From Dehalococcoidia bacterium (GTDB lineage: Bacteria > Chloroflexota > Dehalococcoidia > Dehalococcoidales > G020351185), in contig DAOWJL010000057.1 of the NCBI GenBank assembly GCA_030640385.1, positions 1 through 28,940 on the forward strand: 28,940 bases of DNA, written 5' to 3'. The translations under genes were made by a program, and so were the position numbers. Of the stretch, positions 1-7,452 are shown piece by piece. The notes below the pieces were generated by a model that worked only from the letters and a program-made list of their open reading frames with translations, had not been told where the DNA came from and did not search any database. Numbering within the stretch: position 1 is the first letter of the stretch; every line of letters starts with the position of its first letter.

Positions 1-2
1 AA

Positions 3-273
3 AAGAGGGGCGAAGCCCCTCTAAAACACCCCTTAAGGGTGGTGGGTGGGAATAGATAATAAAAGAGATATTGATATTTCCTGACAACCTCACCCCCTGT
101 ATCCCCCTCTCCTTGTAAGGAGAGGGGGAAAGAAGAAAGAGGGGCTTCGCCCCTCTTAAGCACCTCTTTTGCTGCGTATTGGATGGGTAACGTCCTCTTA
201 TGCACCTCTTTAGATAAACGCCCATTCCATCAAGAAGATGAGGGGGGGGCTTTATCCCTCTTTAACACCCCGC
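3..273. repeat. Cluster of REP-like palindromes
   Basis: Hairpins AGAGGGGC-GAA-GCCCCTCT (4-22) and AAGAGGGGC-TTC-GCCCCTCTT (137-157), a degenerate third copy near 242-270, and the perfect palindrome CCCCCTCTCCTT-GT-AAGGAGAGGGGG (103-128). Bases 85-131 match the reverse complement of ~19805-19851 at 42/47. Confidence 0.85.
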
Positions 274-277
274 TAGG

Positions 278-1093
278 TTAGTAGCTCATTCGCGAGACCT
301 CTCTGCCTTGGTTATCGTAGAGCACAGCTACATCAGGTTCACTGTTATTCCAAATGGCTTGAGGGTATTCAAAACTGAATCCTCCCCATTCAGGATGATA
401 TTCGTTAGTATAGACTCGGATGCTTTTACCCGGAGCCAAGATATAAGACGGGAAAGTGAATGATGGATAGCCATCTGATATATCCACTAGCACACAGCCA
501 GTTAGCTCCTGTGATTCATCTCCAAAGTTGGCGATTTCCACATATTCATCAGACTCTACATTTGGCACCAGACCATCATAAAAAATGCCGGTAATTTCGA
601 CATTTTCAACTATTATGTGTGGTGGTTTAGATGTGTCCCAAACCCCTATTTTGTCCTGTCTCGCCTCTGCCTCCATTTCCTCAAGATAATCTTGGTATTT
701 AGTATCGGGCTCATAGGTTATAGCCCAGGCAAGCCCTTGCCTTACCAGCTCAGCATTGACGAATATATCATCAACATAAACATAGCGCAGCAGTCTCCCA
801 TATTTGTCAGTCTCAGAGATATCCTTCTCTAAACGAACCGTTTCCCCTTCTACCAATTGTTGGTTATACCTTGTAGCCTCTTGAGCCAAAGCACAATACT
901 CAGGTCGTTTATCATCTAGCTCAGGTGCATCTAGGCCAATATAGCGGATTGTGTATATTGTGCCGGCAATGCTTACCTCAATGGTGTCACCATCAATCAC
1001 CCTAGTGACTAGGATATCGGTAGCAGAGGCACAACCAGCTATTAAAACTAAAAGAAATAAGACCAAGATACTGCTTATAAATTTCGCTCTCAT
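278..1093 (-). CDS. Lipoprotein: thermonuclease (SNase-like) domain plus C-terminal lamin-tail domain
   Basis: Lipobox-like IAG-C after a hydrophobic signal. SNase motifs VIDGDT, IRYIGLDAPE, DKYGRLLRYVY, NAELVRQGLA. LTD-like DEYVEIAN...FTFPSYILAPG...IWNN. Start overlaps the rsmG stop (ATGA). Confidence 0.9.
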   Translation of the reverse strand: MRAKFISSILVLFLLVLIAGCASATDILVTRVIDGDTIEVSIAGTIYTIRYIGLDAPELDDKRPEYCALAQEATRYNQQLVEGETVRLEKDISETDKYGRLLRYVYVDDIFVNAELVRQGLAWAITYEPDTKYQDYLEEMEAEARQDKIGVWDTSKPPHIIVENVEITGIFYDGLVPNVESDEYVEIANFGDESQELTGCVLVDISDGYPSFTFPSYILAPGKSIRVYTNEYHPEWGGFSFEYPQAIWNNSEPDVAVLYDNQGREVSRMSY

Positions 1094-1827
1094 TTTAAAG
1101 ACCCCTTATCCACAATCGGCCTCTTTGACGGCATTCCGGGGCGTCTTGGGTATTGCGTGGGGGTGGGGGATACTTTATCAATTATTACAAGGTAACGGTC
1201 ATCGGCAAGTTCCGTAATCTCAATCTTTTTAACTTCAGGCTGGCCGCCGCCCAGTGTTTCTATTGCCCTGGCTGCCTGGCTCACTTCGTCTTCAATATCA
1301 CCCTTCTTCTGGATGATGACTTTGCCGTTGATAGCACAGAAGGGCAGGGTTAGCTCGGCAAGAGCCGGTAAAAACGCCACGGCACGGGAGAGCACTATAT
1401 CAAACCGCTCGTGATATTGGGCTTGGTGAGCGATATCCTCTGCCCGCCCGGCTAAAACCTCAACATCATCTAGATTCAATTTCTGTGTAAGGTGATGCAA
1501 AAAGGCCACCTTCTTGCCGGTGGCTTCAAGAAGCACCAGTTTGATATCCGGGAAAGCGATTTTAAGGGGCAAGCCGGGGAAGCCGGCCCCGCTGCCGATA
1601 TCAATCAGGCTCAGTTTTTCACTTATTACATGTCGTGTGAAGGCGAGGGTAACGGTAAGGGAATCAAGGAAATGTTTTAGCTGCACCTCTTTAAATTCGG
1701 TTATAGAGGTAAGATTAACCCTCCGGTTCCAGTCCAGTAATTCCCGGTAATAAGTATGGAACTGCTCAATCTGTTGGGATTTGAGTTTCAAGCCCAGCCT
1801 GGCAGCGCCGTCTTTTAAGTATTGCAT
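1090..1827 (-). CDS. rsmG: 16S rRNA m7G527 methyltransferase RsmG/GidB
   Basis: WNRRVNLTSI, KHFLDSL, SAM motif DIGSGAGFPG, SRAVA, YPRRPG. Confidence 0.97.
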   Translation of the reverse strand: MQYLKDGAARLGLKLKSQQIEQFHTYYRELLDWNRRVNLTSITEFKEVQLKHFLDSLTVTLAFTRHVISEKLSLIDIGSGAGFPGLPLKIAFPDIKLVLLEATGKKVAFLHHLTQKLNLDDVEVLAGRAEDIAHQAQYHERFDIVLSRAVAFLPALAELTLPFCAINGKVIIQKKGDIEDEVSQAARAIETLGGGQPEVKKIEITELADDRYLVIIDKVSPTPTQYPRRPGMPSKRPIVDKGSLK

Positions 1828-1834
1828 TGGTGTT

Positions 1835-1843
1835 ATTATAGCA
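1835..1843 (-). promoter_or_regulatory. Extended -10 (TGcTATAAT) for rsmG, probably a leaderless transcript
   Basis: On the minus strand TATAAT ends 7 nt before the ATG at 1827, with no Shine-Dalgarno in between. Confidence 0.6.
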
Positions 1844-1865
1844 TTGCTATTATAGAAGGAAAATC

Positions 1866-1958
1866 CGGGATGGTGTTGATTTCATCACCGTTCATTGCGG
1901 TGTAACCAGGCAAGCTACCGCCTATCTGAAAAAGAACAGGAGGGTGGCTGATGTTAGC
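1866..1958 (+). pseudogene. Internal fragment of a ThiC-family gene (thiC or bzaA/B/F paralog)
   Basis: Reads RDGVDFITVHCGVTRQATAYLKKNRRVADVS and then stops at 1965-1967, with no start codon. GVDF-x-T-x-H-x-G is the conserved ThiC-family motif, normally followed by R..DIVSRGG. Confidence 0.75.
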
Positions 1959-1983
1959 ATTATTTAGAAACTATAGTCAAAAA

Positions 1984-2071
1984 CCGCTAGGGGTGCGTGA
2001 AGGCTGAGAGGTTTTTAGGACCGACCCTGATGACCTGATCTCGTTAATGCGAGCGTAGGAAATATGAGCGG
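1984..2071 (+). ncRNA. TPP (THI-box) riboswitch aptamer, orphan
   Basis: AGGGGUGC...GCUGAGA...ACCC...ACCUGAUCUCGUUAAUGCGAGCGUAGGAA. P2 GGGGU/ACCC, P5 CUCG/CGAG, possible P1 CCGCU/AGCGG. A TATAGT -10 at 1972-1977 places the start site near 1984. Confidence 0.9.
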
Positions 2072-2178
2072 CTGGTCCTATCAATATCATTAGTCCCTCT
2101 TAAGGAAAATAAGCCTGTCTTTACCCCTGTCTCATGGGATAACGAATATAGTGCTCTTTATTGTAGCTCTATTCTTTT

Positions 2179-2427
2179 TTAAGAGAGTATCTGAACTATC
2201 TGCAGAATTGTTATCACGGCAAAGGTCATAAGTAGAGGAACTATACCTATACTGAGAAACCTTGAGATACGCAAGGTTGTTCCGGTTCCCTTGGCAGCCA
2301 CAAGCTCTTTGGTTGACAGAAAGAAGATGAGCAGAATGGTTGCCGCTATACTGAGTGTGGCCGTAAGTCCCATAGCCGCTATTGCCGTTACTGTAGTAAC
2401 CGTAGTTGTTGATACCGTAGTAACCAT
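2179..2427 (-). CDS. Small two-helix membrane protein with a Thr-rich N-terminus, function unknown
   Basis: GGAG Shine-Dalgarno 7 nt upstream, two hydrophobic segments and its own promoter. Confidence 0.75.
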   Translation of the reverse strand: MVTTVSTTTVTTVTAIAAMGLTATLSIAATILLIFFLSTKELVAAKGTGTTLRISRFLSIGIVPLLMTFAVITILQIVQILS

Positions 2428-2505
2428 TCTATTCTCCTATCAACTGCTAAAGATTCTAGCATATGAAATTACCTTTGTTAAGCCCCAAACCTGCTAATTT
2501 GGACT

Positions 2506-2534
2506 ATATTAGCAAAAAATAATACCTTTGTCAA
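2506..2534 (-). promoter_or_regulatory. Sigma70-type promoter for the 82-aa gene
   Basis: TTGACA (2534-2529), 17 bp spacer, TAATAT (2511-2506). Confidence 0.65.
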
Positions 2535-2712
2535 TACTATTCAGTACTATAATACCAGTAAATGATTAAAAAAAAGACATAAATAGTACTATTGTCTATC
2601 ATTTTGTAAAATACTTAATCTCTTACCTGTACTATTGCCATGGATAAAAAAAGCTGGGTTTTCATTATTTGGCATTCGGTATAAAATCTGATAGACTGGT
2701 TTTTATTCTTTA

Positions 2713-4293
2713 ATGAGAGAGCGGAGAATGGCAAACCTGAAAACAATGCTTGAGGATGTGGTAAGGCGGCATGGAGAGAAGACGGCGATCGTTTCGGGTG
2801 ATTCCAGAATGTCTTACACTAATCTGGAGGAGTCTTCAAACAGGATAGCCGGTAGCCTGCTGGAGCTGGGAGTGGGGAAGGGTGACAGAGTGGCTATATT
2901 GCTAAACAATAGTCCGCAGTTTGCTTGCATATTTTTTGGTATAGTTAAAATAGGCGCCGTTGCTGTTCCACTGGACACCAAGTATAAGACCAAAGAGCTT
3001 AATTGCCTGCTGGAGCACTGCCAGCCGAGGGTTTTATTCACCGAAAGTCCATACCTTGAGGCGGCAACCCCGCTTATAACGGGATTGAAATATATTGAGT
3101 ATGTTATTAGCCTGAGTGCCGCCGGCAGTAACAGGCAAATCCTGAGTTATGAAGAGATTATGACAAAGGGCTTGACGCAGGGTACGGAGGTAGATATCAG
3201 GCCTGAGGATGAAGCCTGCATCATGTATACTTCCGGGCCGGCCCTCACTCCGAAGGGAGCCGTGCTATCGCACGTGAACCTGGTCAGAGCGGTGACGATA
3301 TCGGCTGATGGTTTTCATCAGAGCGACAGGGATGTAGCCGTACTCTTCGCCCTGTCGATGCACCATATTGTTGGTCTTATAATTATATTACTGACATCGA
3401 TTTGCAGAGGTAGCACAGTAGTAATCCTGCCCGGTCTATCTATCAGTGGGTTTATGGCGGTTATCGAGAAAGAAAGGGCTACAATATTCATTAGTGTGCC
3501 CTTTATCCATGCGTTGATAGTTAAAAAGGCTAGAGAGGAAGGCGTAGTAAATAATCTAAACTCACTGCGTATCTGTGGTAGCATCGGAGCGCCGTTATCG
3601 CAGAAGCTTGCAAAGCAGTTTGAGAAATACCTTGGCTTCAGGCTTATAAATTTCTACGGATTAACCGAGAGTACGGCTCATGTTACCTGCCAATCACTTA
3701 ACGGTAGTGGCAAACCCGGCTCGGTGGGCAGGGCTCTGCCAGGATGGGAGGTTAAGATAGTGGATGACAATAACCGGGAACTACCTGCCAACCAGGGCGG
3801 TGAGATAATTGTTAGAGGGCCTATTATGAGCAGTTACTATAAAAGCCCTCGTGATACGGCCGGGATGATAAAACATGGCTGGCTCTATACCAGCGATATC
3901 GGCAGGGTGGATGAGGACGGCCGCCTTTTCTTAACAGGTCTTAAAAAGGATATGATTATCGCTAAAGGACAGAATATATATCCATCCGATATTGAAACCG
4001 TGCTTCTTGACCACCCGGAAGTAACCGATGCAGCGGTAACCGGCATCCCGGATGAAGTGCGTGGTGAGGTGGTTGGGGCGGCTGTTGTATTAAGGGCAGG
4101 CGGAATGGCTACAGAGCAGGAAATTAAAAGATTCTGCCTTGAGCGCCTGGCTAATTATAAGGTACCCAAACAGGTAATATTTTTGGATTCCTTACCCAGA
4201 GCTGATGATGGCAAGACCAACAAGCAGGTTGTTAAGAAGCATCTGCTGAAAACATATGCGGCTGGTAAAACAGAGGGTAAGGTTGAATCTTAG
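2713..4293 (+). CDS. ANL-family acyl-CoA synthetase / AMP-binding ligase (long-chain fatty acid-CoA ligase-like); start may be 2728
   Basis: YTSGPALTPKG (variant AMP motif), FYGLTE, GEIIVRGP, YPSDIE, LANYKVPK, LPRADDGK. Confidence 0.92.
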   Translation: MRERRMANLKTMLEDVVRRHGEKTAIVSGDSRMSYTNLEESSNRIAGSLLELGVGKGDRVAILLNNSPQFACIFFGIVKIGAVAVPLDTKYKTKELNCLLEHCQPRVLFTESPYLEAATPLITGLKYIEYVISLSAAGSNRQILSYEEIMTKGLTQGTEVDIRPEDEACIMYTSGPALTPKGAVLSHVNLVRAVTISADGFHQSDRDVAVLFALSMHHIVGLIIILLTSICRGSTVVILPGLSISGFMAVIEKERATIFISVPFIHALIVKKAREEGVVNNLNSLRICGSIGAPLSQKLAKQFEKYLGFRLINFYGLTESTAHVTCQSLNGSGKPGSVGRALPGWEVKIVDDNNRELPANQGGEIIVRGPIMSSYYKSPRDTAGMIKHGWLYTSDIGRVDEDGRLFLTGLKKDMIIAKGQNIYPSDIETVLLDHPEVTDAAVTGIPDEVRGEVVGAAVVLRAGGMATEQEIKRFCLERLANYKVPKQVIFLDSLPRADDGKTNKQVVKKHLLKTYAAGKTEGKVES

Positions 4294-4348
4294 AAATAAG
4301 AACTGGCGGTAAAGATATTACTTACTGCTTGAAACGGAGCCCGGATTA

Positions 4349-5212
4349 ATGGTAAATAATGTAGCTATTGTCACCGATACCACTGCCTGTATTCCACGGG
4401 AAAAGGTGGAGCAGTATAACATTGAATTGGTTCCGATAGACCTTATCTTTGGCGATAAGGTCTATCGGGATGGTGTTGATATAACCCCTGCCCGGTTTTA
4501 CAGTCTGCTTCAGCAGGTTGATAAGCTACCGACGACCTCAGGTTCCCTGCCCGCTCCCTACCTTGAAGCATTTCGTCGTGCCAGCCTCAGAGCGGATAGT
4601 ATTGTTTGTATCACAGAGTCGTCCAGGTTCAGCGGTATGTTTAATTCGGCGCTGCTGGCTATGGAGATGGCGAAGGAAGAATTACCAGACATTAATATAG
4701 AGTTGATAGAGTGCACCACTGCCGCTGCCGGTCAGGGTTTGGTGACGCTGGCAGCCGCCAGGGCGGCAGCAGCGGCTAAAAGCCTGGCTGAAGTGGTTGA
4801 TACTGTCCGGGAATTGATGCCCCGGGTATATCTTTTCGCTTCGCTGGATACCCTCAAATACCTGGTTAAGGGTGGGCGCGTGCCTCAAGCGGCGGCTCTT
4901 GTTAATTCGCTGTTAAACATAAAACCCGTATTTTCGGTTAATGGCGGTGAAGCCCATACCCTGGCGCTTCCCAGGAGCACCGATAGTGCAATGAGGCGTA
5001 TTCTGAAGCTGATGAAGAATAAGATAGGTAAAGGGCAGTCGATTCATGTAGCGGTAATGCACGCCAATGTTATCGAGTGGGCAAGACTACTTAAGGAACA
5101 GGTTTCTTCCCGGTTTAACTGTGCCGAGATATTTATTACCGAATTTACCCCGGTGATGGGTGTTCACACCGGACCGGGAGTAATCGGAGTTGCTTTTTAT
5201 GTCGCAGCTTAA
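4349..5212 (+). CDS. DegV/FakB-family fatty-acid-binding protein
   Basis: IVTDTTA, PTTS, SSRFSGMF, LDTLKYLVKGGR, LNIKP, GVHTGPG. Confidence 0.95.
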   Translation: MVNNVAIVTDTTACIPREKVEQYNIELVPIDLIFGDKVYRDGVDITPARFYSLLQQVDKLPTTSGSLPAPYLEAFRRASLRADSIVCITESSRFSGMFNSALLAMEMAKEELPDINIELIECTTAAAGQGLVTLAAARAAAAAKSLAEVVDTVRELMPRVYLFASLDTLKYLVKGGRVPQAAALVNSLLNIKPVFSVNGGEAHTLALPRSTDSAMRRILKLMKNKIGKGQSIHVAVMHANVIEWARLLKEQVSSRFNCAEIFITEFTPVMGVHTGPGVIGVAFYVAA

Positions 5213-5296
5213 AATCCCGGGCCGGATTACTGGCAACTTCTATCAAATTACGTTATTTGTCTGGTGAAACAGGGTAAAATATTTTATAATCAGGTT

Positions 5297-5881
5297 GTGG
5301 AAAGGTCCCAGCTTGTCTCAGATGCAGATAGACTTACCGAAAGCCTGAGCGAACTTCCCCTGCCGGTGGCTAAGCCGGTGCTTATTGTAGTTAGTGGCTT
5401 ACCCGGCGCGGGAAAGTCTTTTTTCTGCCGGCGACTGGTTGAAAGGTTATCGGCTATAATTCTGGAAAGCGATGTTCTGCGACGGATGCTCTTTCCGCAA
5501 CCGGACTACAGTCAAACCGAAAGCATGCGCCTTTTCAAAGCCATTCGCCTGCTTGCGGAGAGGCTTTTGAGGAGAGGCTTTTGTATTATCATGGATGCCA
5601 CCAATCTTTCGGAGCGCTACCGTGAGTATTTTTATAGCATTGCCGAACGTTTGGATGTAAAATTGATTGTCGTAAGTGTAGAGGCGCCACCGTCACTGGT
5701 GAAGGAAAGGCTGGCAGCCAGGTTGGGGAATCTGAAGGAAAGGTCGGAAGCTGACTGGGAAGTATATATGAAAATGAAGCCATCGGTTGAGAAAATAACC
5801 AGGAAACACTATGTTGTCGATACATCACGTGATATAACCCCTGTTATTGATAGGGTTATGAGAGAAATAGGTCGTAGATAA
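5297..5881 (+). CDS. AAA_33-family P-loop kinase; GTG start preferred at 5297 (ORF track gives 5264)
   Basis: Walker A GLPGAGKS, ESDVLRR, DATN..R, SEAD. TATAAT lies 6 nt before the in-frame GTG at 5297. Confidence 0.85.
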   Translation: MERSQLVSDADRLTESLSELPLPVAKPVLIVVSGLPGAGKSFFCRRLVERLSAIILESDVLRRMLFPQPDYSQTESMRLFKAIRLLAERLLRRGFCIIMDATNLSERYREYFYSIAERLDVKLIVVSVEAPPSLVKERLAARLGNLKERSEADWEVYMKMKPSVEKITRKHYVVDTSRDITPVIDRVMREIGRR

Positions 5882-5905
5882 AAACACAGATGAAAGGAGG
5901 CTGAA

Positions 5906-7411
5906 GTGGATATTGGCATTATGGCTGGCGGTATCACCCGGCGAAAATCCGGCGCTATCATAGTGGGCTTTTTTGAAGGAATGAAGAGCCTTGGTGGCGA
6001 CATTGCCACTATAGATAAGGCTCTTGAAGGTGCCGTTTCCAGGCTTGTCGATAGGGGCGAGGTAAAAGGCAAGCTGGATGAGGTTAATGTAATTCATAGC
6101 CTGGGCAGGCTTGCCGCCGACCGTGTGGTTATTATGGGATTAGGCAAGAAAGAAGGGCTTACCCTTGATAGAATTCGGGGTGCAATCGCCGAGACCTGCC
6201 GTCAGTTAAGAAAACAAAGAGTGGACGATATAACTACCGTTGCTCACGGTGTTGGAGTTGATAATATTACCCCGGAAAACTCTGCTCAGGTGATAACCGA
6301 GGGTGCTCTGCTTGGTTTGTATTCCTTCCGCAGGCATAAAACCAAAGAGGATGAACATATTGAGGTTAAAAAGCTGACTATAGTATGCAGCAAGGAGGAT
6401 GATATTCGTCTTTTGGAGAAGGGTAGTGGTAAGGGAAGGATTCTAGCCGAAACGGCCAACCTCGCCCGCGATATGGTCAATGAACCGGCAAATTATATGA
6501 CTCCCGGCGATATGGCTGAAATGGCAGGCAGGGTAGCAAAAGATAATAAGCTTGGCTTTACTGTTCTTGATGAGAAGGAGATGCAAAAGCTGGGTATGGG
6601 GGCGCTGCTGGGGGTAGCCCAGGGCAGCTGCCAGCCGCCGAAGCTTATTATCATTGAATATAAAGGCAAAAACGCCGATGAGATTGACCTGGCGCTGGTA
6701 GGTAAGGGTGTTACCTTTGATTCGGGGGGCATTTCTATAAAACCATCAAGCAAGATGGATGAAATGAAGACGGATATGGCTGGCGGAGCGGCTGTTATAG
6801 CAGCTATTTCGGCTATTGCCCGGCTGAAACCGGAAATTAATGTTACGGCAATAGTGCCGGCGGTGGAGAACCTGCCGGGCGGCAGTGCCCTTAAGCCGGG
6901 TGATATCCTGACGGCTATGACTGGCAAGACGGTTGAAATAATATCAACCGATGCCGAGGGCAGGCTTATCCTGGCCGATGCCCTTGGGTATGCCAGCAGG
7001 TTAAAGGTAAAGCGTATTGTTGATGTGGCGACACTTACCGGTGCCTGCCAGGTGGCTCTGGGCAGTATCTGTACCGGTGTTTTCGGCAACAACCAGGAGC
7101 TGGTGGATAAGATTATCGCTGCCGGAGATGAGACGGGAGAACCTATGTGGCAGATGCCGATGTATGATGAGTATAAAGAACAGAACAAGAGCGATATAGC
7201 CGATATAAAAAATGCCGGCAAGGGAGGCGCCGGTGCTATAACCGCTGCTCAATTTCTGGCTGAGTTTGCCGGTGATACACCGTGGGTGCACCTTGATATT
7301 GCCGGCACCAGCTTCGGAGATAAGGAGCGCAAATACTATATAAAAGGGGCTACCGGGGTGCCGGTGCGCACGCTTGTTAGCCTGGTGATGGCTATTTCTG
7401 GGCAGAAATAG
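5906..7411 (+). CDS. pepA: Leucyl aminopeptidase (M17)
   Basis: VGKGVTFDSGG, MKTDMAGG, TDAEGRL, WVHLDIAG, strong AAGGAGG Shine-Dalgarno. Confidence 0.96.
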   Translation: MDIGIMAGGITRRKSGAIIVGFFEGMKSLGGDIATIDKALEGAVSRLVDRGEVKGKLDEVNVIHSLGRLAADRVVIMGLGKKEGLTLDRIRGAIAETCRQLRKQRVDDITTVAHGVGVDNITPENSAQVITEGALLGLYSFRRHKTKEDEHIEVKKLTIVCSKEDDIRLLEKGSGKGRILAETANLARDMVNEPANYMTPGDMAEMAGRVAKDNKLGFTVLDEKEMQKLGMGALLGVAQGSCQPPKLIIIEYKGKNADEIDLALVGKGVTFDSGGISIKPSSKMDEMKTDMAGGAAVIAAISAIARLKPEINVTAIVPAVENLPGGSALKPGDILTAMTGKTVEIISTDAEGRLILADALGYASRLKVKRIVDVATLTGACQVALGSICTGVFGNNQELVDKIIAAGDETGEPMWQMPMYDEYKEQNKSDIADIKNAGKGGAGAITAAQFLAEFAGDTPWVHLDIAGTSFGDKERKYYIKGATGVPVRTLVSLVMAISGQK

Positions 7412-7452
7412 CCATAAGATTTTTATCAGGAGGCATTGAACAGGAGACTGAA

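Noticed and set aside
2064-2093. 9-codon ORF MSGWSYQYH as a functional leader peptide
   Set aside because: It is too short to support, and its Shine-Dalgarno spacing is poor. It may be the stump of a deleted gene and is noted within the riboswitch finding.
2291-2497. 68-aa plus-strand ORF as the gene controlled by the TPP riboswitch
   Set aside because: It is the antisense shadow of the 82-aa gene, starts at TTG with no Shine-Dalgarno, and has no recognisable motif.
2495-2640. The ~43-bp periodicity read as a degenerate CRISPR array
   Set aside because: The repeated unit is only 7 bp and the period is too short for repeat plus spacer. It is kept only as a possible operator array.
6493-7221. 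Long antisense and alternative-frame ORFs (also 8428-9000, 8790-9362, 17154-17732, 17543-18049, 25585-26025, 28272-28820 and others)
   Set aside because: They fully overlap confidently identified genes and lack motifs and ribosome-binding sites. Such shadows are expected from codon bias.
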